Source: a virus. From it: DNA of 64,000 nucleotides. Shown here one piece after another: positions 11,481 through 22,400 of the stretch (positions are counted from its first letter, which is position 1; every line of letters starts with the position of its first letter). The stretch spans positions 1-64,000 of the IMG/VR virus record IMGVR_UViG_3300022074_000021; one strand, given 5' to 3'. Below the pieces are notes generated by a model that did not search any database, was not told where the DNA came from, and saw only the letters and a program-made list of their open reading frames with translations. The position numbers and the translations under genes are program-made.

Positions 11481-14120
11481 TTAAGATGGAGACGGAGTCG
11501 GGGTCGGAGTCGGAGTCGGAGTTGAAGTTGGGGCCGGCACATCCATAATTAGGACATCAATAAAAGGCCCGTTACCGTTAATCTGTACTCTCATAGTCTC
11601 AGTACCTTCAGTTATACCATCTTCAAGAGCAGAAAAGATTCTTGCTGCAACATTATTGTTAATTGTAAAGTTGCCTGATGAAGCCTGAGCTATATCACCC
11701 GAACTAATACCACTTACTACATACGGTACGTTTGTTCCATCAGCAAGGTTTGTTGTATTAAGGGTAATAACAACGTTGGCACCTTCATATATAATATCGT
11801 AATTACGACTAAGTGTATATGTTATTGGTGCTGGTGGAGATGGAGCGGGAGTAGCAGAAGGTGTTATTGATGGCGTAGCTGACGGGGATGGAGCTGCTGG
11901 TGTAACTGATGGATTTACACTAGGAGTTGCACTTGGAGTTGCACTTGGAGTAACACTCGTTGTAGGAGTAATTGATGGTGTAATACTAGTAGTGACAGAA
12001 GGTGTAACACTAGTAGTAATAGATGGAGTAACTGAAGCTGCAACCGGTGGTGATGCAACAGGAGAAGCTGATGGAGTTACACTTGGAGTTACACTTGGAG
12101 TTGCACTTGGAGTAACACTCGTTGTAGGAGTAATTGATGGTGTAATACTAGTAGTGACAGAAGGTGTAACACTAGTAGTAATAGATGGCGTTACCGATAG
12201 TGTTACCGGTGGTGATGGATTGGGAGAAGCTGATGGAGTTACACTTGGAGTTACACTTGGGGTTACACTAGGAGTAACGCTCGATGTAGGAGTAATTGAT
12301 GGTGTAATGCTAGTAGTGACAGAAGGCGTAACAGAAAGTGTAACAGATGGTGTAACAGATGGTGTAACAGATGGTGTAGGTGTTGTAGACGTAGTAACAG
12401 ATGGTGTAGGTGTTGTAGACGTAGTAACAGATGGTGTAGGTGTTGTAGACGTAGTAACAGATGGTGTAGGTGTTGTAGACGTAGTAACAGATGGTGTAAT
12501 TGACGAGGATACTGATGGAGATGCAAACGGTGTAAGTGTAACACTAGGTGTAGGTGTTATAGACGGGGTAATTGTTATAGATGGTGTTACAGAAGGAGTA
12601 ACACTGGCTGTATGTGTTATAGACGGGGTAATTGTTATAGATGGTGTTACAGAAGGAGTAACACTGGCAGCGGGGGTGGTAGTAGGGGTAGGAGTAGGTG
12701 TAGCAAACGGTGTAGGTGTTATAGACGGGGTAATTGTTATAGATGGTGTTACAGAAGGAGTAACAGCTATAGAGCATTCAGGGAATGGGTTAATAGGGCT
12801 AAGTATAACTCGTCGAAGTTGTTCAAATCTACGAGAAACATCACATAAATATTCATCAGTTATTCCACATGATAGCGTATAAAACGGACATCCAACAAAT
12901 ACTTCCCAGTCAGTTGTGGATAAGGGTGAGTATACAGTAGCTAGAAGTCGTGATGTATCTGTGTCTTTATAGATAGAGCTTGTCCCCGTGGTCAAAGTAC
13001 TAACCACGTATGGATATCCATCTGGTGCGAGATTAATTAACGGGTAATTTGCATATTTTAAAGAATCTTGTAGTCCGGAAGTAAAGCGGCTTCTTAAAGC
13101 ACCACCGTAATTCCAAGTTTCATTACCCACAAAGCCAGTATCTAATCGAATAATATCATCATATGTATAAACAAACCGGTATGGGTATAAAGGAGTGCTC
13201 CATTTTAGATCGATATCCCCAATATAGGCGGACATTCCGTATAAAATAGAAGTTTCAAATATTCCAGGGTAGCTAGTACCCAGAGTTGATAAATCACAAG
13301 TATTATCAGGGCATCCGAGATTTGGCTCCATTCCTAAAAACGGTAATCTAGGTCTATCTTCTGAAATTGGTAGTTCTTGAGGTACTGATCCAGATGTTAC
13401 GTTATTAATAGCAAATGCTGTTAATGGAGTAAACGCAAAGTTACCTTCTACCGTTTCTTTTTGATTACCTTCAACGTGAAACCCAGTTGTAACGATTGTA
13501 CCATTAGTATTCGAACCGGTAAGAGGCTTAACAAAGGATATCCCTGGGCGATATCGTGAATTAGAATAGACATCAATACTGGAAAGTTCTTGCGTAAGTA
13601 AATGAGTGTAGAAGGTATCAGACTCAGACTTGTAGTCAACAACAACCTTACGACCATAGTTACCAAGCCGTGCACGTACAGTTTTCTTACCTGGACTAAT
13701 TAATTCAAAAGCACTAATCGCTTGAGTTGCAATTATATCGAGATTTTGATCTCTTATCGTAATACTATTAGGTTCATAACTTCTACCTGACCGCGTAGCG
13801 CCGTCTATATATGTAAGTTCTGATGCAAAAACTCCTAGACTATCAAATCCAATACCTAGTATAGGTTTGTTTAAAGGCTGAGAAGATAAAGATGCACTAA
13901 GGAGAGTATTTCCAGAGAACCCAAGATCAGGTCCAACACCTCCACCACTTAACGGAAAACTTGCATCTTGCAAAAACATGCAATATCCAATTTCATCACC
14001 AGACGAGAAGTTACTTAGTTCATAAGTGAATGACCAAGTAATATCATATTGAGGTGACATGCCTTCCTCGAATATCTGCACTGCAACAGCTGAGAGTGGA
14101 AGGTCTGTAGGATAATCCAT
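11481..14120 (-). CDS. lectin-like + STP-repeat + Ig/Calx-beta-like virion surface protein
   Basis: The N-terminus resembles a legume/ConA-type lectin (GYCMFLQD...GGGVGPDLGFSG...LGIGFDSLG...NSITIRD). It carries the same internal domain as the giant ORF (YRF...DTGFVG...PDGYP...WEVFVGCP), about 310 aa of TPS repeats, and a C-terminal EG..V.ITL.T...DG.TEG.ET domain. TAAATA 5 nt upstream. Confidence 0.8.
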   Translation of the reverse strand: MDYPTDLPLSAVAVQIFEEGMSPQYDITWSFTYELSNFSSGDEIGYCMFLQDASFPLSGGGVGPDLGFSGNTLLSASLSSQPLNKPILGIGFDSLGVFASELTYIDGATRSGRSYEPNSITIRDQNLDIIATQAISAFELISPGKKTVRARLGNYGRKVVVDYKSESDTFYTHLLTQELSSIDVYSNSRYRPGISFVKPLTGSNTNGTIVTTGFHVEGNQKETVEGNFAFTPLTAFAINNVTSGSVPQELPISEDRPRLPFLGMEPNLGCPDNTCDLSTLGTSYPGIFETSILYGMSAYIGDIDLKWSTPLYPYRFVYTYDDIIRLDTGFVGNETWNYGGALRSRFTSGLQDSLKYANYPLINLAPDGYPYVVSTLTTGTSSIYKDTDTSRLLATVYSPLSTTDWEVFVGCPFYTLSCGITDEYLCDVSRRFEQLRRVILSPINPFPECSIAVTPSVTPSITITPSITPTPFATPTPTPTTTPAASVTPSVTPSITITPSITHTASVTPSVTPSITITPSITPTPSVTLTPFASPSVSSSITPSVTTSTTPTPSVTTSTTPTPSVTTSTTPTPSVTTSTTPTPSVTPSVTPSVTLSVTPSVTTSITPSITPTSSVTPSVTPSVTPSVTPSASPNPSPPVTLSVTPSITTSVTPSVTTSITPSITPTTSVTPSATPSVTPSVTPSASPVASPPVAASVTPSITTSVTPSVTTSITPSITPTTSVTPSATPSATPSVNPSVTPAAPSPSATPSITPSATPAPSPPAPITYTLSRNYDIIYEGANVVITLNTTNLADGTNVPYVVSGISSGDIAQASSGNFTINNNVAARIFSALEDGITEGTETMRVQINGNGPFIDVLIMDVPAPTSTPTPTPTPTPSPS
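12364..12498 (-). repeat. perfect 30-bp coding tandem repeat, about 4.5 copies (TTSTTPTPSV)
   Basis: gtaacagatggtgtaggtgttgtagacgta repeated exactly. Confidence 0.9.
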
Positions 14121-14175
14121 ACAGATATTTAATCTGATAATCTAAATTTCAAGTAAGTATAAATATAATTAACTA

Positions 14176-15771
14176 TTACATCCCCCATTCAAACTTGACT
14201 ATACCAGGTGCAGTGGCCTCATATGATCCACCAACACTATGATTTGAAGCCCCAGGAGATCCGGCACCTCCCCAAAATGACGGATTACCATTTACTTCTT
14301 CATCACCAGAACTAGTATCCATACCACCCCAAGCTCCAGAAAGAATATGCACAGAAACAACATGAGGATCATTAGGTAAGAATGAACCATTATTAGCGGT
14401 AAGTCCATCAGCCCAAGAGTCTTGTGCGGGAGCAATAGCGCCAATTGAACGGGCTAGCTCAGTACCACCAATAGAAATATATGAAGGTTGCCCATTTGTT
14501 CTAGCAGTAGTACGACCAGCTCCAACCGTGTAACTAATAGAAGTACCTATAGGAGCAGAAAGGATACCATATATAGTTGCAGCGGCTCCACCAGCAACAG
14601 AACCACCAGTTGCACCGGATCCAGTTACCCAAAACTTTGTATAAGTGGCTTTTGTGGTATAAGTGCCGGAACCAGCAGTGTCATAAGCTACTAGACCAGG
14701 CATAGGTAATCCTATTTCAATATCATTATTAAGAAGAGAGAAAGCTGTACTAGTAACGTTAGATCCATTAGAAGAAGCAGTTAATCCATTTGTAACAGTA
14801 ACATTGGATGTTGATACTACATCAGGCAATGCTTTAATAAAGAAGTTAACAGCTTTAGCGCTAACGCTACTTGTACCGGTACCTAAATGATATACGGTAC
14901 CACCTGCTGGATTACTATTTGCACCGTATAACACAGTACTTGCATAATTAGGTAAATTAAAATTAGTATCATTACCACCATATTGTGCACCAATTACACC
15001 AGAAAGAACTCTATAATCTGTACCAGCTAGTTGTTGACCATTACATAGCAACCAACCAGTAGGCATACTTGTTCCCGTAACAGTTTGAACGACTGTACCG
15101 ACCGGTACCGCGGAAGATGAAGAATTAAAAAATACAGTAGTAGAAGACTGTGGCGATGCCCATTTAAGATTTCCGAGACTATCGACGTTAAGAAAGCTAT
15201 TTGCTCCTCCTAATCCACCAGTTGGAAACGAATAGTCAACATTATTAATATTAAGTTTCTGTGGTAAATGTAGGTGACTAGTATTAAATGCTGTAATCCT
15301 ATTCGATTTTATTTGTGTACTACTTAAGGAAATCTGACCACTTACAAGCTCAATTGAATTACCTGTAAGTTCGTTTGAACCACTTAAATGTTGAGATGAT
15401 AGAGTACCTACTGAAATAGTTCCTAATGTATCATTTACGATAATTGAATCATTAGCCGCTACAAAAATTTGAGCAATCTTATTCCAACCTGTAGCTGTTT
15501 TAACATATAATATATTGTTTGTTGTATTATAAGCTATATCTCCTACAGCTCCTTCAACCAAGGCTGTATGATCAGCAACAGATCCTAAAAACTTATTACC
15601 TGTAATAAGACCACCTTGTGTTGAACCATCACCGATATACAACCGTTTACTATCTGTTGTATATCCTAATTCACCTTGATCAAGGGTTATATTTTGACGA
15701 TCAGCATTATCTCCACGACGAACGAGAAGTTTAAGAAGAGTATTTTCGAGAATTTCGATTTTTTTAGCCAT
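14176..15771 (-). CDS. tail fibre protein (Mtd-N-like N-terminus, tail collar domain, Gly-rich C-terminus)
   Basis: RRG...LDQGELGYTTDSKRLYIGDG N-terminal motif; collar motif VPVGTV...PTGWLLCNGQ...Y..L..VIG..YGG...FNLP. Confidence 0.8.
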   Translation of the reverse strand: MAKKIEILENTLLKLLVRRGDNADRQNITLDQGELGYTTDSKRLYIGDGSTQGGLITGNKFLGSVADHTALVEGAVGDIAYNTTNNILYVKTATGWNKIAQIFVAANDSIIVNDTLGTISVGTLSSQHLSGSNELTGNSIELVSGQISLSSTQIKSNRITAFNTSHLHLPQKLNINNVDYSFPTGGLGGANSFLNVDSLGNLKWASPQSSTTVFFNSSSSAVPVGTVVQTVTGTSMPTGWLLCNGQQLAGTDYRVLSGVIGAQYGGNDTNFNLPNYASTVLYGANSNPAGGTVYHLGTGTSSVSAKAVNFFIKALPDVVSTSNVTVTNGLTASSNGSNVTSTAFSLLNNDIEIGLPMPGLVAYDTAGSGTYTTKATYTKFWVTGSGATGGSVAGGAAATIYGILSAPIGTSISYTVGAGRTTARTNGQPSYISIGGTELARSIGAIAPAQDSWADGLTANNGSFLPNDPHVVSVHILSGAWGGMDTSSGDEEVNGNPSFWGGAGSPGASNHSVGGSYEATAPGIVKFEWGM

Positions 15772-15776
15772 GATTT

Positions 15777-16790
15777 TTAGAATTTAAATACTGGGATTGC
15801 GAAGTTACCATCTGCACCGGATGCAATTTGAATGAAACCTGCGGAAGATAGAGCAATGGCCACGGCGGATGTTTGATTACTATTAGCTGATAAAGCATTA
15901 ATAACTGTTTCCCCTGTAGCCCCTGGTCTTGCTGCATTTAGCGATCCAAAGAAGATTTGCTCGTTACCGGTTCCGTCAGTTCCAGAAAGATTTTGTTGAA
16001 CTGCATTAGTTGATGAAGTAATACGACCAGTTGAATCAAATACAGAAGTAAAAAGCGGTTGAGCCGTGCCACCGCCTATAGTTTCAAGAGCAATTGTAGA
16101 ACCGCTTTTTTCAAGACCTGTTCCAAGTGCAGCTGATTGAATAGCATTACCATCAACGGTATTTGTACCTGCAGCAGCAAAGTCAAGCTTACCACCCGTA
16201 AAAGTAAATGCATTAGTAACATCAACACCAATTGCATCACCCGCACCCCCACTAAGGCCTAATCCAATATCCCCAGCACTAATATTAACATGAGATGTTT
16301 CAAGCTCACCGTTCGCATTAATCGTAATAGAGGAATTATCAATTCTTGCTGATAATCCGGTTGATCCATAGGCAAGGCCTCCGCTAAGATCAACAACATT
16401 ACTACTTAATTGAGCAATACCAACACCATTGTTAGAAATATGAAGATTATTGCCAGCAGTATATTCTAAAGTTAGATCATCTGGTCTTGTTCCTATAAAC
16501 GCCCATGATGTTAAATTAGCAGCATATGTGCCGGATAGTTGATATAATAAGTTATCCTCATAAACTAGATCTCCATTAACAGCCTCAGTAAGGTCAGTTC
16601 TGGTACCAACATACATCGGAGTATGTATAACATTACTTATATTATTACCTCCTACAGTAAACCCATCACCAACCCAAACGCGTTTAGCATCAGTTGTATA
16701 CCCGAGTTCACCTTGTTCGAGAGTTACTGCCTTGCGTTGAGCATCAGTACCTCTTCTTAGTTTTAATTTTACTATTTCAATATCTGGCAT
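15777..16790 (-). CDS. tail fibre-associated protein (Mtd-N-like N-terminus)
   Basis: KLRRGT...LEQGELGYTTDAKRVWVGDG, paralogous to the N-terminus of 14176-15771; G(L/I)-rich shaft repeats. Confidence 0.75.
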   Translation of the reverse strand: MPDIEIVKLKLRRGTDAQRKAVTLEQGELGYTTDAKRVWVGDGFTVGGNNISNVIHTPMYVGTRTDLTEAVNGDLVYEDNLLYQLSGTYAANLTSWAFIGTRPDDLTLEYTAGNNLHISNNGVGIAQLSSNVVDLSGGLAYGSTGLSARIDNSSITINANGELETSHVNISAGDIGLGLSGGAGDAIGVDVTNAFTFTGGKLDFAAAGTNTVDGNAIQSAALGTGLEKSGSTIALETIGGGTAQPLFTSVFDSTGRITSSTNAVQQNLSGTDGTGNEQIFFGSLNAARPGATGETVINALSANSNQTSAVAIALSSAGFIQIASGADGNFAIPVFKF

Positions 16791-16802
16791 TATTTTAAAA
16801 TG

Positions 16803-17414
16803 TTAAGCTGTTCTTTGCCATACATACATACCGAATGTTGGCGGAATATTATTATGTGATTGATTACCACCTGTATTATCCGGTAGTAGGGGAGTTGCTT
16901 GTGGTCTAGATGGATTACCATGATCGGCATAGTAGCCTACGTTAGGATCATTTCCTAACCTCGAGGAGTTCTTAATAGGGTGAGTATGTTCTGGTAGTTC
17001 GGTAACTGTTAGTTGATGCTTATACTCCCCAGTTGTATCAACATCACCAGCTGCAACTGTATGGGTATCGCTACTATTATCAGTACCTTGACCAACTCCT
17101 GCTATGAACTTTCCTTTAGATACTTGTAGCCAAGTTGTACCGGTAAATCGATCACCTGGATTAGTATTGTCAATAGAAAAAATAACTGAACCAACTGGGT
17201 AAATTGTATCAGCAATCGCGGCTTTAAAATTGCTACCAAGTGCACCATCTACATCAATTCCTTGACCTGCTCTTCCTAAACTAAGTGCACTTTTATTACC
17301 AAATCCGTCATAAATATCTTCTTGCCCGGACGCTGGTAGAGCCTCACCTTTAGCATGAAGCACACCGACATATGTTTCGGAAATGTTGGTGTTTGTTAAT
17401 GATTCACTTGCCAT
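16803..17414 (-). CDS. baseplate protein with gp10 C-terminal-like domain
   Basis: IYPVGSVIFS...NPG..F.GTTW...KGKF..G, GEYKHQLTVTELPEHTH and GGNQSHNNIPP..G.Y.WQRTA motifs. Start moved to ATG 17414 because TAAATA lies 5 nt upstream. Confidence 0.8.
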   Translation of the reverse strand: MASESLTNTNISETYVGVLHAKGEALPASGQEDIYDGFGNKSALSLGRAGQGIDVDGALGSNFKAAIADTIYPVGSVIFSIDNTNPGDRFTGTTWLQVSKGKFIAGVGQGTDNSSDTHTVAAGDVDTTGEYKHQLTVTELPEHTHPIKNSSRLGNDPNVGYYADHGNPSRPQATPLLPDNTGGNQSHNNIPPTFGMYVWQRTA

Positions 17415-17447
17415 ACATATATTTATGGTAGTGGCAGTATTAAGCAA

Positions 17448-19412
17448 TCAAATTTCTATAATACTGCCTATAGTATATGATGGTTGTACATCAGAACTTA
17501 TATCAGGCTCAACCAAATTAACTAATTTTTCTTGTACCTCATGTACCAGTTTAAAACATCTATTTAAAACTCCGTTAAGATTTTCTTCATTACCATGAAT
17601 ATAGAAATTTTCAAGTTCATTAGTTATAAACTTACTAAAATCAACATTATAATTATAATTATCAAGCTCTAATATATCATTATTAAAAGAACCGGTAAAT
17701 CTACCTATAATATTATTCTTAAGAAGTAACACATCCTCAACTAGTTTAAATATTTCTGTATTAACTATAGATTGCTGTATAAAACTATCACTATTCAACG
17801 AAAATCCTTGACTACCATAATTAGTGTAATTAGGATCCTTTAGAACTCGCTGATAAGAACTCATAATAGGTTCATCGAAAAAGTATAATCTACCGGTAGT
17901 TAGCATAATTGTCCTATCATAGCTACTAGTAGATTGAAAAATTGAAAAACTATTGATCCGTGAATCTAGAAGACCACTTACTTGCTCAGTCTCAATTGCT
18001 TCACCAACTTGTGTACCTAGATTCCAAATAAACTCTGCTTGTGAAAAATTAATATCATTAAAATTCCACCGATTATTTATAGATACTGGATTATTAGATA
18101 TTTCCACAGTTTCATCAGTAAAATCCAAAAGATAAAGTCGCTCAGTTCTGTACCTGCCAACAATTTTTGAAGGACGAGTTTTAAACTTTTTATATACTGT
18201 CTTATTAGTTGCAAAATACCAGTAATTACTATCTGTGCCTGAAAATGTAATATCTATTATTTCTTCTGTTTGAGCAAGTCTATCATCTAGAACTATCTCT
18301 TCTTTAAACCTAAAGTTTTCACCACTAAAACGGTATAAATATGGTATCCGAGATGTAATGTTATTTATAACTACATCTTTATAGGTTAAAATATATAGAG
18401 AATTAAAATCTGGGTCAAACCCCATTGCACCCAATGTCTCTGTATTAAAATTAATAGATGTAATACGAGTTATATAATTAAATTCCTCATCGAAAATTTT
18501 AACTACTTTGTTTCCAGAATCAAAAACCGCAACTGCATTATTAGTAACAGCTAATTTAGTGGGTCTAACAAATTTAGTCTGGCGTCTTGAGTCACCATAA
18601 CCACCTACTAACTCAATATAGTTACGTTTATTTCTAAGAGAACTATCATTATTAACATAACCAGCAATATCATAACGTAAAACAACATTATTACCAGTAT
18701 CAGAAAGATATAAATATTTTTTTGTAGAGGCAATTCCACCTAACTCTTTAAATGTTAGATTATTTTCATCTGTAGTTTCATATCCAGTAGTATCTTCTAT
18801 AACAGTTAAATCTGTGTTAGATCCAGTTAAGCATATAAGATCGGAAGAAGTACACGCAAATAACGAGAAATGATCTTCAAAATCTAAATTAGCTTGCACA
18901 GTTGCATCAACAATATAACCAAAGGCACTTAGATAATGATTATTTTCAAATCTTACATTTTCAACAAATTGAGGATTTTCAGTATTTGATGTATTAATCT
19001 GAAATGCAGATAATGTATTAGAAGAAAGAGAAGCATATCGTATAGATTCAGTATATGGTAACTTATTAGATGCTATAAAAAGTCTAGAATAAACATATGT
19101 ATTATTTTCACGTAAATTATCTAATTTAAGTTTAAATAAATCGTAATTAAAATTATCATTAAGACTGAAGGTACAGTTATCAACGGAGTTTGGTAAAGTA
19201 ATATCAGTATCACTAATAACTCGATCGGTAAAATTATTTGTAAAAAATAAATCTGTAGCAAAAGTGTTTTTAGATGTAAGTGTTTTATTGGTTATTACTT
19301 CTTTAGCAACATTATCTTTAGTTTCAACAAAACCATAAAAATCTGACCCGGTAAGAGTAAACATATTACCGGAAGTATAAACTTTTTTATATGAGGAATA
19401 ATCAATAATCAT
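17448..19412 (-). CDS. virion structural protein with NHL/beta-propeller repeats
   Basis: YLYLSDTGNNVV and F.RPTKLAV...VFDSGNKVVKIFD NHL-like repeats; baseplate/fibre context. Confidence 0.7.
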   Translation of the reverse strand: MIIDYSSYKKVYTSGNMFTLTGSDFYGFVETKDNVAKEVITNKTLTSKNTFATDLFFTNNFTDRVISDTDITLPNSVDNCTFSLNDNFNYDLFKLKLDNLRENNTYVYSRLFIASNKLPYTESIRYASLSSNTLSAFQINTSNTENPQFVENVRFENNHYLSAFGYIVDATVQANLDFEDHFSLFACTSSDLICLTGSNTDLTVIEDTTGYETTDENNLTFKELGGIASTKKYLYLSDTGNNVVLRYDIAGYVNNDSSLRNKRNYIELVGGYGDSRRQTKFVRPTKLAVTNNAVAVFDSGNKVVKIFDEEFNYITRITSINFNTETLGAMGFDPDFNSLYILTYKDVVINNITSRIPYLYRFSGENFRFKEEIVLDDRLAQTEEIIDITFSGTDSNYWYFATNKTVYKKFKTRPSKIVGRYRTERLYLLDFTDETVEISNNPVSINNRWNFNDINFSQAEFIWNLGTQVGEAIETEQVSGLLDSRINSFSIFQSTSSYDRTIMLTTGRLYFFDEPIMSSYQRVLKDPNYTNYGSQGFSLNSDSFIQQSIVNTEIFKLVEDVLLLKNNIIGRFTGSFNNDILELDNYNYNVDFSKFITNELENFYIHGNEENLNGVLNRCFKLVHEVQEKLVNLVEPDISSDVQPSYTIGSIIEI

Positions 19413-19415
19413 TTT

Positions 19416-22400
19416 TTAATAATCTTTAAATACTACATCGTTAATTGTTACCCCGACTGGTGTAAAATCTTTAGCCTCTGCTAAAATAGATGCTTTAATT
19501 TGTTCTCGTATAGTAATATCAGTAATGTTAAGATTTCTTACAACAATATCAATCTGGTTTGAAGAATTATTTCTATTAAATTTAAAGAACTGTTGTATTT
19601 CAGTTTTAGATGTACGCTGACCAGCTGGTAACGAAAGAACTATATTATCTAGCTTCTGTTGCACTAAATATAAAGCATACACTAATTCAGTATCAATAGC
19701 TCTATCGTATATAAAAGGATTTCTTATAGTAAGATCTTTAGTATAATAATAACCTGGTTGTTTAAGATAAGTTGAGAGGTCCATGTTACTCTGGAATCCT
19801 GTAGATCCAATAAAAAACTCATCGCTAAATATATCTTGAATCATATACTTACCAGGAGAGAATGTTTGATTTTCATATAGTTCAGCATTTATATATAAAG
19901 TTGAGTTACCTTGTATAGTATCTAACCTATAAGTAAAATTATAGAATCCTGGTTCGAAATTTGTAGGGTCAAAAGAAATTGTTTTCGTAAGAATATCTTC
20001 TGTATCCAGATAATTTGTTAATGTTAATTTAAAATCTATGGATGAAGAATCATATAAATGATTAATAACATTATAATTTGTTAATTTAGTAGCAGGAGTA
20101 TTATGACCGAACGAAACCCCTGATAAAGCAGCTGCTGTTAATGACGGCATAGTACCTTTGGAAAGATAAAGCTTTTCGTCGTTACCTTCAGCTAATAATA
20201 CCGGATATTGAAAATTTATACCATTTCGGTATTCATTAACCCAATCCATCGAAATAAACGTTCCGCCAGAAAGGGCAACGGTTGTCTCAGTCGCAGGGGT
20301 AGGTATAGTAATACTACCAATTGAGCCTGATAGCTCTAAAATACCACTTGTATTAAAGACAAAATATTCCGTAGGCTTAAGTATGTAAATTTTATCTTGC
20401 GCTACTAAAAAATCTTTAATATTAGTTTTAAGAAAAGCTTCTGGGGCATCGTCTAAGTTATGTTTAACAATAAAATCACTAACTTGGTAAAAAACTGTAG
20501 AATCGTTTTCCCAATTAGTATTAGTTCCTGGTAATTTATATATAGCGTCGTTATATTCTAAAACATTATCATATAGGCAAAATTCTTTTTCGTATACATC
20601 AAATTCAGCTGCAGAAAGAGTGGAAACAGCAAATGTATTGGTATTAATTCTTCGAACGTTTTGATCACTAGAAATAAAATCAATGTTGTTATGCATTTGA
20701 TAATAACCAATATATTCTAAAATATCACTACCACAATCTAATTTAATCTTATTGCCTTGTGTATTGACTTTATAAAAAAGATTACCAGAAGTAGTAACAA
20801 TGTAATCATCTAATGCACTTCTCTTGAATACCTGTTTAATTTTTGTTTTAAATTCTATCTTATTTCTTAATTCAAAATCTGTGTTAAATATGTATAAAGT
20901 TTGATCACTTACAACATGAATAAACGGAGTAACTGTTTGATCTTGGAAAATGCCGAAACCTCTATTTGTATTATTACCTAATAATTCAAATCCGTATTGA
21001 TTGGACGGATCTAAATACATATCAAAATTTAACGTAAAGTTTTTAGTTTTATCTATATCGTCGGATACGTTAAAAACAGTATAAGTACTACCATCAAACG
21101 TTAATTCTCGTGTATCGACATCTGTGCAATAATTTTCTGTTTCCCCTCTAACAATTCTAGAGGTATTGTACATATCGAATGCTGAAACTAATGGGGCCGA
21201 GCTATCAACAATATCTTTAATATCTGAATTACCAATTCTTTGATATTTAATAGCTATATTTGGCTCAATTGCTGCATCACTCTGCTTGTCAAAGAATTTT
21301 TCCTTATTAATAATAGCATCAGATACTTTAATATTAATAGTATCTACACTATCCTGAAAAGAAGGTGCATAAACAGGAGTTGATGAAAGAGCAGCTTTTT
21401 TAGAAATTTTATCTGGATAGTAGTACCTGTCGACCCATAAACCTTCCTCACCTAAATTGTTACCAGATAACCATGTACATAAATAACGGCCATTATCATA
21501 TTGAGTTGTATTTTGTCTCCTAATAAAAATTTTGTCAGATAATATAGGTGAAGGCCCGGCGAAAGAGCCGTTATATACAAATTGTGTATCGTTTATATTA
21601 AGTTTTTCATATGGATATATTGATGAAGGCGCTACAAAAAATGTGTCAGAACCATTTTCAATAAAAATATCTTTATCATAAAAAGTGTAATTAAGATTAA
21701 TCTTATCTATACCTTGCTCTTGGTTATTACCTGAATTTAAATTATAATATTCTCGTGGATCATGCCCGAGACCGTTAGGACTGTCTATCATATTAGAACC
21801 ACGTTTAACAAAATTAAATTCTGACCTGTTAGTGTCTAATGTTAAGTAATTTAATTGAAAACTATCAGCAGATATTGTATTGTATGCTGTTGTAAGCATG
21901 TATTGACCGTCTTCATTTAAACTGCTATTTACAGTATCTAAAATTAAGTTAGAAGCTTTTCGTACATTATAGTTAGCAAAACTTTTATTTATAAACTGCT
22001 TGTTTTGATCTCGCGAGTAATCAATATGTAGTAGATTACTAATACCACGGTTAAGGCTTCCTGATAATAAAGGTGTAAGTGTAAGCTGATCTCCACTTAG
22101 TGCAACTATATTGAGCACATCATTATAAAATTTAAATAGTTGCAAATATCCATCGTCGTCTAAAACATATCTAAATACATCACTTTGCTCACGGACAATA
22201 CTTTTATAATCATCGGTATTTCGATAAAACACGAATTTATTTATCCGTTCGCCTGACGTCGGATCTACGTTGGTATTATAGTTTAGATAAAAATCAAATA
22301 ATCCATCATTATGCTTAATACGACATAAATTATTATTTAACGCTTCAATTTCAAAAAAGTAATTATTTTGAAATAATCCAGTCTTATTGAGTGGTTGTAT

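Noticed and set aside
6362-12500. Repeat arrays as a possible CRISPR array or DGR
   Set aside because: The units are contiguous, codon-phased and lack unique spacers. No cas operon or reverse transcriptase is present in the window.
5624-12882. Long plus-strand ORFs of GV(T/I)(D/L/E) repeats (5624-6037, 7085-7999, 8291-10045, 10172-11461, 11992-12882)
   Set aside because: They are antisense shadows of the TPS repeats: reverse-complement Thr/Pro/Ser/Val codons rarely give stops. They have no promoter and are broken at arbitrary points.
14176-16790. Mtd-like N-termini suggesting a diversity-generating retroelement
   Set aside because: Only the generic N-terminal fibre motif is present; no TR/VR pair or reverse transcriptase was seen.
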